Assembly (NCBI GenBank): GCA_034780895.1 | Contig: JAUZTB010000127.1 | Location: 66,379,231-66,443,230, forward strand | Length of the DNA: 64,000 nucleotides | Source of the DNA: Rhynchobatus australiae | Taxonomy: Eukaryota | Reading direction: 5' to 3' | Shown: positions 13,941 to 26,054 of the stretch, piece by piece | Position numbering within the stretch: position 1 is the stretch's first letter | How the letters are laid out: each line of letters starts with the position of its first letter | The notes under the pieces: model-generated | Database searches by the model: none | Seen by the model: the letters and a program-made list of their open reading frames with translations, nothing else | Told to the model about the DNA's origin: nothing | Program-made: the position numbers and the translations under genes

Positions 13941-14069
13941 AAGGTGGACCATCTGATCTGGCTGCACCCTTCTGGTTTCAGTATTGAATTCAACAATTTC
14001 AGGAGTCTCACTTTTTCTGTGTGTGTGTATATTTAGATGTACATTTAGATAGAACAGTCCTCTCAATCA

Positions 14070-14175
14070 AAAGGCAAAAAGCGGGCAATACTCAGAGGTC
14101 AGGCATCTACTGTGGAGAGAGAAGCAGAGTTAACATTTTGGGTTGATGACTTCATTAGAACTGGGAAAGGTTAGA
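14070..14175 (-). mobile_element. Penelope-like pLTR remnant
   Basis: Reverse complement reads cccagttctaatgaagtcatcaacccaaaatgttaactctgcttctctctccacagtagatgcctgacctctgagtatt. Confidence 0.6.
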
Positions 14176-16463
14176 AGTGAAAAAGCTCAAACTTGTAGAA
14201 ATAGTTGGGGAGGAACAATGAGAGCAAAAGGGGAGGCTGTGTGATTGGTCCACAGCAAGAGTCTGATTTCCACTTCCCCCTTCTCTCTGACCCACCCTGC
14301 CCGCTTCCCACCTACCTTCACCTACTTGTTTCACTTCTCACTTTTCCTGGCATTTGAATGAGATGAGTGGTGAAAGCATCAGATGAAGGAGAGCCTTGAG
14401 GTACAAGACCAGTAAACAGGGGTTGAACCAGTTCCTGTTTTGTTCTCTACCATTGCAAAGGCCACACCGCTTGCAGCGATAGTGTGAACTTGTAGAGAGA
14501 GAGGGTCTTTAAGGGCTGGACCCCTACTGTGAGTCAAAATGCTGACAGGTTTCAGAAAATCATTCTTGCTGCATATGGAAGTATATGAAAGCATCACGTT
14601 CATTGCACTTGACTTGTGATCAAAAATGGTGATTCTAATGCACTGACAGGATTGCTGTAGCTATCCTTGCAGCGTAAGACATGCTCCAATTATGAGGAGT
14701 CACAAGACCCTATTTCAGTAGATGTGTAGATGACAAAACTACTGTGTGGCCAATGTCACGATGTTTAAGGTGGACCATCTGGTCTGGCTGCATCCTACTG
14801 AAATAGGCTCAAGTTCTAAGTTTCGGGGAAAGGTAGGTGGAAGGGGGGGCAGGGTTGTTAATGCTATATGTATAAAGAGGGGAGTTGCACATAAATTATG
14901 TACAAACTCAATCTGTCACTCATTTTAATATGCTCATTTGGGTTGACTGAGAGGAATTAGCAATGTCACATTGTGCAACCTTTTACAAAAGGTCATGGGG
15001 ATGGAATTTTGGTTGATGTAATGGATGAGTGAGGGATCACGGAAGCTCTGTCATTTTAACCTCTGATAAATGAATAGTGATGCAAGTATTTCTAGAAAAG
15101 CACCATAGATGAATTTTCACCCTTCACTGAAATATTCTTCTTTCTATTACATTTAAGAAGTACCCATATGAGTACTTGACAGCATCCTCAGCACCATGGA
15201 CCAAGAACTAGGAACTGGGATTAACCAGCATGTGCCAAATGGTCTTCTGTGCCATAAGCTTTTGTGATTTCCAAGATGTTTAACAATTTTGATATCTGTT
15301 CTGACTACTGGTTTCTGGCAAAAATAAAGACATTAGATTTGCAATCAAATTCACGGATGCCTCTTCATTGCTCTTGATTTAGATTGATCTTTCTGCTTGA
15401 ATATGTGGGTATGCATCCTTTACACAATGACGCTATAACAGTTAAGGAATTACCACTATTATCTGCTGCAGGGCTTCTCATGATGAGATCCTGAAGTTTC
15501 TCTGGTCACTTGGGATAGTAGTTTATCGATGAACTTAACTTTTTCAGGAGAGGAGAGAAGCAAAAGGGGAGTGATTTAGGTAACACTGATTTTTGCAATA
15601 TTTTGCAGAGCTCAGTGTTCTGTAAGTGATTTTTTGGTCTCAAGCAATTTAACCAAAAAGCAATTGATATACACACTAATAGCAGAATAGCTAAGTCAGA
15701 ATAGCTAAAATACAACAGAATTACAAAGAAGCAGCTATAAAATGTGAAATGATTAAGCTGTTGAGATATATGCACCCAGTTAGTAAGTGATAATTCGCTC
15801 TGCCAGTTCAGTGTTTGTAGAGGGGAACTGAGTTTTCTGCAGGTGTGCTAGATTATTGCATTACCACACAGTGGTCTCAAAGCACCAGGTAAGTACTTCT
15901 GGAGTGTAGTTCTGGCTGTAACACAGGAGTTTCCACGGGGAATAAACGTACCAAACCGAGGGGCACACTCCTGTGTTGAATAAACTTCTGGGTCTGCAGC
16001 AGTGTTGATCTGAGAGATAGTTTGAATACCATTGACAAATTTTCATGTGTTGCATTACCTACACCACCAGCGTAGTTGAACAAGCTTCCACCAACTAATC
16101 CACACTACCTATTTGAAATGTGAAATATATGAACTTATTAAGACTTAAGCTGAATTATGACAGCCAAATCAGTTATAAGATGTGTTCTGTTTTCAAGGGC
16201 AAGTGTCTTGCATGGTCTAACGAACAGTACAGTGATCTTTTGTCTTATAGTCATTTCCATAATATTTTTAGCATTATTTTCTGCTCTATTTTTGGCAGCA
16301 GTGGTGAAGTCAAAAAGTTCACATTTTTGTTTAAACATATTTTAAATGCTTGAAGAAAATCTTACAAATCAATTTATTTGCACTGTAATGTAACTAAACT
16401 AAATAATAAATGGAAAGTTTGACATTTACAAACATTATAAAAAGAAATCTTTTCTTTTCACAG

Positions 16464-17031
16464 TCAGTCCAAGCCTCTGAATGCGAACGAACGGAATCAG
16501 TCCCCATGTTGATAAATAATGTGAAAATGGAATCTTCTATGCTGCTTGGTGATCTGAAGAAAGATGCACCAGTGTTACTAAGCAACATTAAGATGGAACC
16601 ACCAGAGGAACTACTTTCAAATGATGATAACCAGCCACAGACAGAACCTGTTGATTTGTCCTTAAATAAATCTAGGACCTCACCAGTAGTGCCACTGGTT
16701 TCATCGTCACTTCCAGTTATAACAGTGACCTCTTCATATTCTTCTTCGGACATCTCATCTGGGGGACCAGTCAATGTTACTTCAGCCATCCCAGCAGTGT
16801 TATCACCAGGTTCAATCTTGGCCTCGTCCCAGGGGGTTGGAGGTCAGCAGATTCTGCATGTCATACACACTGTGCCATCAATCAGTTTACCCAGGAAAAT
16901 GGGAAATCTCCAACATTTGCCTGTGGTTGTCCAATCATTGCCTGTGGTCTACACAGCAGTGCAGCCAGATGGTGTGACATCATCAATCACTGTCCCTCTT
17001 ATAGGGGATGATGGAAAAAGTGAAGGTGCAG
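16464..17031 (+). CDS. KLF8: KLF8-like coding exon A (N-terminal repression domain; internal exon, phase 0 to phase 1)
   Basis: Acceptor tttcttttcacag ends at 16463 and donor G|gtaagg starts at 17032. The exon encodes SVQASE...IKMEPPEELL...QTEPVDLSLNK...GGQQILHVIHTVP...PVVVQSLPVVYT...ITVPLIGDDGK. PVDLS (16647-16661) is the CtBP-binding motif of KLF3/8/12. IKxEPPEELL, QQILHVIHT and ITVPLIGxDGK match KLF8 as recalled. Confidence 0.93.
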
Positions 17032-18409
17032 GTAAGGAAATTGATTAGTTTTCTGATTGACTCTTAAATTGTTTAGATCGCCTGCAATTTTGATGCAATG
17101 AACTTATGCTGTATAGTGACTATATTGATTTAGCAATTGGTTATCTTTCCATGCGCAGAGCCAAATAATCTTGCTGTGATTGCTTAACCTTGAGGCATTA
17201 GTCAGTGAGCTGGAGATTTAGATAAATCTCTTCAACTAGTATCTAAGGTTTAGCTGAAACTGGAACTTGAAGTTCCTTTAAATTTTTAAGACGGTTTAGA
17301 AATCGATCTATTCAGAATACTGGAAGCCTTCTTTTTGTGTGCGATTTTTTAAAAATCATTTTTCTGCACAAGTTCCAGTGTAGGGGAGAAGTAGTAAGAT
17401 TATCACTCACCATTTATATTGTAGTGACTGCTGAGCAGTGTTCAATTTCAGAGTATATTCTGCTCCTTTTAAGCATGATAAACTTAATACACATTCTCCT
17501 CCATTTACTGTATATACCTACAATAAATGTTTTACTTTACACTGCTCAAAGTCGACAGCATCTAGCAAAACTGCAGCATTGTGTATTAACTTAATGGCAT
17601 CTTTTTCAACGATGGTATGGGAATAGCACTGTTGCCTGACCTGGTTACTGGTGTAGGTGCATCCATTACACAACCAGTGCTATTCTATGTACGAGAAAAC
17701 AAAGTACTTACACAAAAGATCAAAATTTTTTTTTAATGGTGATGATGTATGTTGTTGCAGAACTCCATAAGGGCAAATAGTCTTTCTCTGTTCAACAGCC
17801 AGTGAAAAATTAGCACTGTTTCCCTGATTGCTCAGAGAATGTATTCAGTGAACAGTGCTGTCATATAGGCTGATAAGGACCCAAGTTCAAGCTCTAGACT
17901 GTGCTTGCTAATCTCAGTAACTATGCTGGTAAATTTGTGTGGTAGGCCAATAGGTCATGGATTAGAGGAACAAGTTGCTGGTCAGGGTTTCTGTTAAGTG
18001 AGATAGGATTAGTCTTTCAGTGGCTGCATATCTTCCTAAAATTCAGTCAAGAGGAATATTTGAAAAAATTAAAAATCTAGAATCAATAAAAGTGCCCCTA
18101 GAACTGTTGAGATGCAGTAAACCTCAATTCTAGCATCTTCCATTATCTCCATGTTATTGCCAATGTAATGCATCTAGTCACTGTTAGAAGTGATGCATGT
18201 ATCAGGCTCCCATTGAAGCAAAGCAAGTGTACTACAATTGAGCCCACTGCTGACACTGAAATACGAAACCTGTCATACTTGGACTCCAGTCCCACATCAA
18301 CTTGTATGATTGAACCAGCATCAAAACCATCTACAGGAGGTTCAAGAAAAAGGCTCACCAATTCAGGACAGCTAGGGATGGGCAGCAAATGCCAGCTTTG
18401 CCAGCAAAA

Positions 18410-18556
18410 CACACACACACACACACACACACACANNNNNNNNNNNNNNNNNNNNNNNNNNNNNNNNNNNNNNNNNNNNNNNNNNNNNNNNNNNNNNNNN
18501 NNNNNNNNNNNNNNNNNNNNNNNNNNNNNNNNNNNGCATATGCCAGCTTTGCCAGC

Positions 18557-18587
<31 letters not shown>
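18410..18587. repeat. (CA)n microsatellite, duplicated across a 100-N gap
   Basis: atgccagctttgccagcaaaa(ca)n occurs on both sides of the gap 18436-18535. Confidence 0.9.
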
Positions 18588-18588
<1 letters not shown>

Positions 18589-20276
18589 GCCACATGTTAG
18601 CAATCTTACCTAGGGCCTTACTCCATTTACTCCAATAAGGAATTGGTGCTTTCAGGAAGGTAGGGAAGAAAATTGATGTGCTTTGATGAAAAAAAATGTT
18701 ACTTGAAATCTTGATAATTTGCTTTAGTTTCATTTAACTGATCTTCTTCCCCCCCACCCCCCCAAATTCAAGCCCATGTCAGGAAATTGATCGCCCTCTG
18801 TTGACCTGCTAAATCAGTGTAATGTTACATATATGGATGTTAATTAAATGACTGGCAGCAAGTTGTGGAAGTCTAATGTTTTCTGTTTTCTAGTCTAATT
18901 ATTTAAATATGTTCATTGGCTCTCCAAAGTTGTGTGTTCGCCAAGCCAAATGTTTAAACGCATATTCCAGTTTTGGGTGCCACTAGAACCAAAATATTTA
19001 CATGTATTTATGTATAAACTGCATAAAGGGATCAGGAGTAGTTTTTTTATAAGACAGATTCAAGATTTGCATGTTTTTCATTCTGTGATCTTTGCTTTCT
19101 TTTCCCTTCCCCAGTTTCGGCTCCGGTTAGAGCAGGTGGCTTGATCCTAGACCACAAGAAGGTAGAGCAGCTCAGTGAAATTATGTAATCCAGAGTGTTC
19201 TAGCCTTGTAAGTATAGGAGCCAAAGTCATTTGGAAAGGAGAGTTTAGGTACATTGAGACCAAAATAACTACCTTCGAACTTTGCCTGTAATTTACAGGC
19301 AAATAACTGTCTTTTTGTAAATATGTCAGTCCCACAAGAATAAAGCTAATGGACTAGTAGCTATAAAGTGAAATAATCTAAATACTTCCAACAACGACCT
19401 GATTAGAGTCTGATGGAAAAATTTTGTTACTGCCCTGCAGACTGGAAAACAAGATTTCTATGTCTTTTGCAAGTCCGACTGCGTTGTCATTATATTGTTT
19501 TTAATCAGTGGCTGTACCTCTCTCTTTTAGGTGTTTGCATTGTAATTATAGTGAGTGTAAAAACTTTGCAAAGNNNNNNNNNNTGGACTTTTTATAATAA
19601 TGCACCTTAATTTCTATTTTGAGGTGTTTTGAATTTTAATTACTGGGATCTATCCCTCCTTACACGGTACAATGTACTTAATTACGGGCATATTTTTCAT
19701 TATAGTGGCAATGGTTACGGCTACAGAGTGCCAGAGAACATGTTATAATTATGGTTAGTCAGTTACTATAATGCTTAAGTTTGTTTTTAAAATTTCGTAT
19801 TTACGTTTTGGGTAGAAACTGCCAATCGGTACAATATATTGATGTACTACCAGAGGTCTGTTTACTGAAATTAGTGTACTATTGGCCTTAAAAACTCCTA
19901 TTTCTAAATGCTAACAAGAAAATGTGATAATTTTGGCTCAATGGAGCTCTCATGCTTCTGAGTTAGAGGGCTGTGGGTTCCACTAAGAAGCCTAGGAACT
20001 GGCCCGAGTCTATTATATGCTGTTAAAAAAGCATTAACTATCACTCCCTTTCCATTTTGAAATGCTCTTAAAACAACTGAAAGGCTCATTGACCCTATTT
20101 GAAAACAGTTGCTAGGCTCTCTTTTAAGTGTGAACATCAATGGCCAAACCTCAGGCATTAGATTATAGACAAACCAGAAGTAGCAAAACAGCCCTCAAAT
20201 AAACTGAGCCAAAATGGGATCCCAGTCACTTGGGGTGGTTTCAGCAGGTTTCTTCTTCAAGAATCAGTGGTCATAA

Positions 20277-20316
20277 TTGCAAAAACAGAAATGGTCTTGC
20301 AAAAACAGAAATGGTC
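20277..20316. repeat. Perfect 20-bp tandem duplication
   Basis: ttgcaaaaacagaaatggtc x2. Confidence 0.9.
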
Positions 20317-21234
20317 ATCAAATCAGAAATAAGCACAAGGTGGGAGAAGACCTTTTGACAAAAGAGATGGTACTTAAAACCTTACACTCCCAGACTCCTC
20401 AGGGAGGGACCCTCCAATTAACACTTCTAACAGGAGGAATGACTAGACAAAGGTGCCCTTCTTCCAGGTTGTACTCACTGACATTTGTAACCTCTGAAAA
20501 TCATAAGTACAAACCCATACAAATGCTTGCCCTGGTCTCAAAGTCAAAGCCAGGGACACCTCCACTGTAGAAGTCTTGCCTCAGGATCCTTGATAGCTGT
20601 TCTGATATCTGTCACATATTTAACTTTTTTTTCACACTGCTGCATTTCAGGAGGCTAGAGATGCTCAACCAGCAGAGAACCTTCCATTTCTGATAAATGT
20701 GACTTACATTCACCCCTAGAAGGGGTATTTCACTCCGTTGCAGGTGTCTATAGAAGGCAGTCGGGCCATTGCATTTACCTTTCACACAACTTTTTGCCAT
20801 GAGAGCCTTTTGTACAAGGAGGTTGCCTCATGGGCATAGTGTTCTTTACTTCCTCTGGAAGTTGCCCTGCCTTCATTACATCATGTATTCATTCCTTGGA
20901 AACACCCTGCAATTGTTGGAACAGCGCTGGATGTATTGTGATGTGACCCTTTAAGTTGTACTTCCTGAAGTCAGAGCTGTGTAGAAAGCTGGGGTAGGGT
21001 TTTGGTACCAGCTATTCAGTCAGTTGTCTTATTAACAACTGAGATTGACCCTCATCAAAGCTACTTTTTGTGTGGAATGTTAAAGTACTGCCAACTGACT
21101 GCTCATGTAAAAATCCATGATGCTCTTCATGGGAGAACTGTTCTGATTCTACCCTCACTTTTTTCCCTAACCTTGAATATTATTTGTTGCTATCTGTTGG
21201 ACCTTTTTGTGTAGAGAAAATACTACAATGGTTG

Positions 21235-22256
21235 GAGTGGTACCTTGCATGAATGAAGATGGTTGTTGTTGTTGGAGGTCAATCAAACCAATCCCAGGAC
21301 ATTACAACTGGATTTTCTCATGATGGTGTCCAAGGCCCATCCATTTTCAGCTGTCTCATTGTTGACTTACCTTCTGTCATAAGGTCAGATGGAGGATGTT
21401 GGCTGATGATTACATATCTCCTTGGAAAAATGAAATAATCCTCACCTGTATGTAACAAGACCTTAACCATATTCAGGCATGGACTGATAAGTGGCAAGTA
21501 ACAAAAGTGCCAGACAATGACCATCTTCAACAAGAGAGGGTCTAACTACTTACCCTAAGCGTTCATTGGCATTGCCATTGGTGAGTTCACTGCCATGTCA
21601 ACATCCTGGATGTCACGATTGACCAGAAAGTCGACTGGATCAGCTGCATAGATACTATGGCTACAAAAGCAACTCAGAGGTTGGGTATCCAGCAGTGAGG
21701 TATTCCTCTCCTGACACCACAAAGTCTCTCTACCATTAACAAAGTCAAGTCAGGAGAATGATAGAATATTCTGCACTTGTCTGGAGGAGTGCAGCTCCAA
21801 CAACTCTGAAGAGGATCAACACTCTCTCGGACAACGCNNNNNNNNNNNNNNNNNNNNNNNNNNNNNNNNNNNNNNNNNNNNNNNNNNNNNNNNNNNNNNN
21901 NNNNNNNNNNNNNNNNNNNNNNNNNNNNNNNNNNNNNAGTGGCACTCCATTCACCAGCTCATTGTGACTGCAGTGTGTCCCATTTGCAAAACAAGCTGCA
22001 GTATGCACGTATGCTACTCTGGCAGCACGTCCCTAACCTCCACCTCTACCACTGTCTTGACCAAGAAGTATCTCACCTTTCCTTCTTTATTGCTTGCTTT
22101 AAGTGTTTGAACTCCCTTCCCAACAGCTTTATGGCAGAACCTTCACCAGATGGACTGATCAAGACCATGGCGCATCGCCACCTTCTGAAGGACTACTAGT
22201 GATGGGCAATAAATGTTGGCCATGCTGGTGATGTCCATATCCAAAAAAAATGAAAC
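21235..22256 (+). mobile_element. CR1/L2-group LINE 3' portion (degenerate, with a gap)
   Basis: VVVGGQS..QDITTG...GPSIFSCLIVDLPSVIRS is RT-like, followed by IEYSALVWRSAAPTTLKR, and a 3' tail gatgggcaataaatgttggcc...aaaaaaaa. Confidence 0.8.
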
Positions 22257-22559
22257 ACAAATCAAACCCGAGTTCCACTGATGTAAAATTAATATTACAG
22301 TTTTAAATTTTCACAGAAACTTACTAGTTCTTTCAGCAGAGGATGGCAGATTGTTGAAAAAAATGAAAGAGAATTTGGAAGGGGGAAAAAGGAAAATATA
22401 AGGCACAGGTGGCTGGATTTGAAACACTGAGCCCAAAGAATGATATGTAAATAAAATAACTTGACTTGCTGGATAATTTCTATCTCTAGACCTTTGCAGT
22501 AGCCTCATTCCAGCATTGACTTATCTGCTCTTGAAGCCCTCAGCTATTCTGTTAACCAT

Positions 22560-23115
22560 CTAAATTCAACTTTTTTGGTGTGCTTGTGCCTGGCTCCTCA
22601 TTTTCCATCCTCCATAAACTGCTGTTCGTTCAATAAATACTCTGTTACCTGGGACGTATCTCACTCCAGGACCCTTTTACACATCACTACCTCACTGGCT
22701 GATTGCTTTGGATCCCAATACAGCAACACCTTTATTTTAAAATTCTTATGTTTTTCACTCTTTCTATGGCCTTGCTTTTCCTCAGCTCTGCAGTCTTCTG
22801 TAGACCTACAGTTCTCCGAGGTCACAACACTCATCCAATTCTGGAGACATCACTGTTTTAGTTGCTCTGTCTGAGGCAACAGTACTTTCATTTCTCTAGA
22901 TCCGAAGCTCAGGAATTCCCTCCTAAATTGCTCTGTCTAACTCTTCCTTTCAATGTGCTCCATACAACTGTCCTCTATAAAACTGTCCTCTTTGGCCAAG
23001 CGTTTGATCATTTAACTAAATAACGTCTTTTATGTTAGCCGAGGTCTGGTAATGAACATCCTCATAAAGTGTCTTGAGTTATTTCATTGACTTAAAAGCA
23101 CTATGTAAATGCATG
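22560..23115 (+). mobile_element. L2 LINE 3' fragment
   Basis: Degenerate L2-type 3' region (ttttaaaattctt...ggaattccctcctaaa...ctctttggccaagcgtttgatca...aaagcactatgtaaatgca). Confidence 0.55.
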
Positions 23116-23292
23116 TTCTCCTCCACCACATTCCTGCATCATGGTGCATTGCTTCACAGATGATCTAGTGTTAAATGTTTATTGGTTTGGAAAGGTTTGG
23201 CCGAGTTCATTCACAATGTGTCACTTTGAATCTTAGTCTGAAAATTGCAATGATGTGATATGTCCTGGCAGGAAGACGCAAGGACAGTGCAA

Positions 23293-23414
23293 AGAACAAA
23301 CTGCTGGAGGAACTCAGCTAGTCAAGCAACATCCGGATGCTGCTTGACCCGCTGAGTTCCTCCAGCAGTTTGTTTTTGTCCAGATTCCAGCATCTGCAGT
23401 CTCTTGTGTCCCTA
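23293..23414. mobile_element. Fold-back Penelope-like mini-insertion with 14-bp target-site duplication
   Basis: caaggacagtgcaa occurs at 23279-23292 and 23415-23428. The internal palindrome 23295-23374 has 40-bp arms with 3 mismatches and is built from the pLTR tail sequence. Confidence 0.85.
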
Positions 23415-24329
23415 CAAGGACAGTGCAATTGGACAGCAACCATCATCGCCTTTCAGCATTATTTCCTGTGTGATTATTAAAGGAACAGCTAACTCCATCT
23501 CATTCTGATTCTGTAGATGGTATATGTCTTACATTGCACAGTAAAATTATTTTCAGTAGCAGTTCTAATAATCACTATCTCTTCTGTGTGCTGCCTTTCT
23601 TGTGTGTAGATTGATAAGTACAGAAGATTTTGCATGTGATCTGATTAATCTTGGCAACCATTAGCCTAAAGACTAAATTTTGCAATTGATGCATCTTTCC
23701 CTCCTCTCTGGTCTGTGTTCCTTCCCTTTAATCTTTGCTGCCTGATTGCAGTGCATTTATATCAGTATCCTGCTGCCCATAGCACAATCAGCAGCATGAG
23801 CTTTGGGAGTGGGTATTGGGTTGCTCTCAGAGATGTTGATGTATTAGAAGTGAACAAACCAAAGCTGTCCTTTTCCAAGATATGGGAAGCATGTCCACAC
23901 ACTGGTTAATGGGCCAATGATGATTCCTGACCAACAAACCAAGGATGCTAGAGGGAGCATGCTGTATTGCTGCCACAGCCAATAGCTTGATGTGCACAGT
24001 TCTTTGCAGCCCAGATGTGGAGACAGCATGGTGGTCTGAGTTGGACTGTGCTGCATATTAATTTTGCAACCTAATGTCACTCAGGTGCTGATTGGCCATA
24101 ACGTGTGAATAATTATTTCGCTTTGAAGTCAATTGCACAATTGACAAGTGAATATGTTTTTTTAAATCTCTTGTTTGTAAGATAAAAAATCTCACCCTAG
24201 AAAATCGATTTACTGTCTCCTCGCTTGAAATCGGATGTGGTTGTGACCATTCCCAGATCAATTTGGGGCATCAGAAGTTTAGTTGGTTAGCTGTGATCAA
24301 GATGCACAACAGGTCATGTGTGGGATAAG

Positions 24330-24720
24330 GACATAAGAAATAGAAGTGGGAGTAGATTGTTCAGCCCTTTGCATCTGCTCCACAATTCAATAAGATCATG
24401 GCTGATCTTTTACCTTGGTGCCTTTTTCCTCCAGTAACTCCATATCCCTTGATTCCTTTAATATCTAAAATCTATCAGTCACTGTCTTGAATATAGTCAG
24501 CAACTGGGCCTCCACACCCTCATGTGTAGAGAATTCCAGAGAAATGCCACCCTCTGTGTGAATAAGTTTCTTGTCTTCTCTACCCTAATGACTGGCCCTT
24601 CATTTTGAGACTGTGATTCCTGTTTCTAGACAATGGAGTCAGGGGAAACAACTCCACATCTACTCCGTTAAGCTCTCTAAGAATTTTCTACATCTCATTC
24701 TTCTAAACTCCAGAGAGCAT
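24330..24720 (-). mobile_element. CR1 LINE 3' end
   Basis: acataagaaatagaagtgggagtag...aataagatcatggctgatc...agagaattccaga...caccctctgtgtgaataagtttctt; the same family ends occur at ~845, 11035, 26486, 34687 and 57800. Confidence 0.85.
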
Positions 24721-26054
24721 AGGGAGTACTGTGTAGAAATTAGAACAAGTTGTTTCAGGAACAATCATTGTTAGCCACTCCCAGGACAACCAGGTTTTCA
24801 CAGTGCAGCTCCGGCTTGGCAGCCTTGCAAGTTGCAAGTTTAACTTTGAGGTTTGCTCCCGTCTCCTTTATTTGCCTCACTTACAGTACTGAGTGAACCC
24901 CCCCCCCCATTCCTGACAATAAAACTTTTGATCCTCTAACCTCACTCAAGCAAGGTCAAATCTCCACATCTTGGATCTGGAACTACAGGTGTGTTAGATG
25001 GCTACTCCATTGATTCAAAAGTTCCCACGATTCATGTGATAGTTGTGTCGTTGGGAAATCAGAATTCTCAAGTTTGCTTCGGGTTCTGGTCAGAAACACA
25101 GAGGCCCGTTGTGGCGCTCTCCGCCTAACAACAAGTATGTTTCTGCCTTGGCTGCAAGTTTATTACCTTGGGAAAGTGAAGAATGTTTCTGGTCTTGGAG
25201 CTCACTGCAATGCATTTACCCCAAAAAATTTTGGGACCAAACAGGGACAAAAGAAAGTCTAGTATTCTGTCCACACCCTTTGGACTCTTAATGATAGCAG
25301 GATCCTGTCCATTGATAACATCTTTGCTGCCACTCTGCTAATTCAGCTGAACATGTAGAAATTCCCTGGGTTGTATGGTTTTGTGACAACCCCTTGCATT
25401 GTGGAGGATGACAATTTGGAAGTTCTGAGATGATGAATAGGAGATCAGAATTAGTTTACAGAATTGATAATATTCACTGATCATCCTGGTTTTGAGGTCA
25501 TCAGGACTTTATTAATTTTATTTTTCACTTTTGGATCAGTGACTTATTCTACCATGTGATGGATTATATTAGAAACAGTAACCATCTGAACAAAAGATTA
25601 AAAATTAGTAGCAACAAACGATTTTTTGTATTTGTAGGTATATCTGTGCATCTTTCACCAGTTAACAAAAAAATGCCAATAAGAAAGGTGAAGTTAACAA
25701 GTCTTCCTGTTTGAAGACAAAATAGTTCTTCAGAAGACCTTGAAGGAAGTCTTCTGAAGAGCTGTTTAAGACAATTATATACCTGATATAGCTCTGAAGC
25801 ATTTCTGTCAACAATCTAGGTGTGTAAATATTTGCTGCCAATTGTTTATTCATCAACTGCAAATGTCGGACTTGAATCATGACACCTCATTCTCATGAAC
25901 ATGTAGAAATTCCCTGGGTTGTATGGTTTTGTGACAACCCCTTGCATTGTGGAGGATGACAATTTGGAAGTTNNNNNNNNNNNNNNNNNNNNNNNNNNNN
26001 NNNNNNNNNNNNNNNNNNNNNNNNNNNNNNNNNNNNNNNNNNNNNNNNNNNTGG

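Noticed and set aside
16410-16463. ATG and in-frame extension 5' of exon A (MESLTFTNIIKRNLFFSQ)
   Set aside because: It overlaps the AT-rich branch/polypyrimidine tract and AG acceptor, so it is most likely intron read-through rather than the real start.
16394-16789. 131-aa minus-strand ORF
   Set aside because: Antisense shadow of KLF exon A with no independent homology.
18143-18733. Long ORFs with CVCV/HTHT runs and an apparent tandem duplication
   Set aside because: These are products of a (CA)n microsatellite plus Ns. The identical flanks on both sides of the gap indicate an unmerged contig overlap.
25425-25490. Possible C/D box snoRNA (atgatga...ctga)
   Set aside because: Too short, only about 3 bp of terminal stem, and no recognisable rRNA/snRNA guide.
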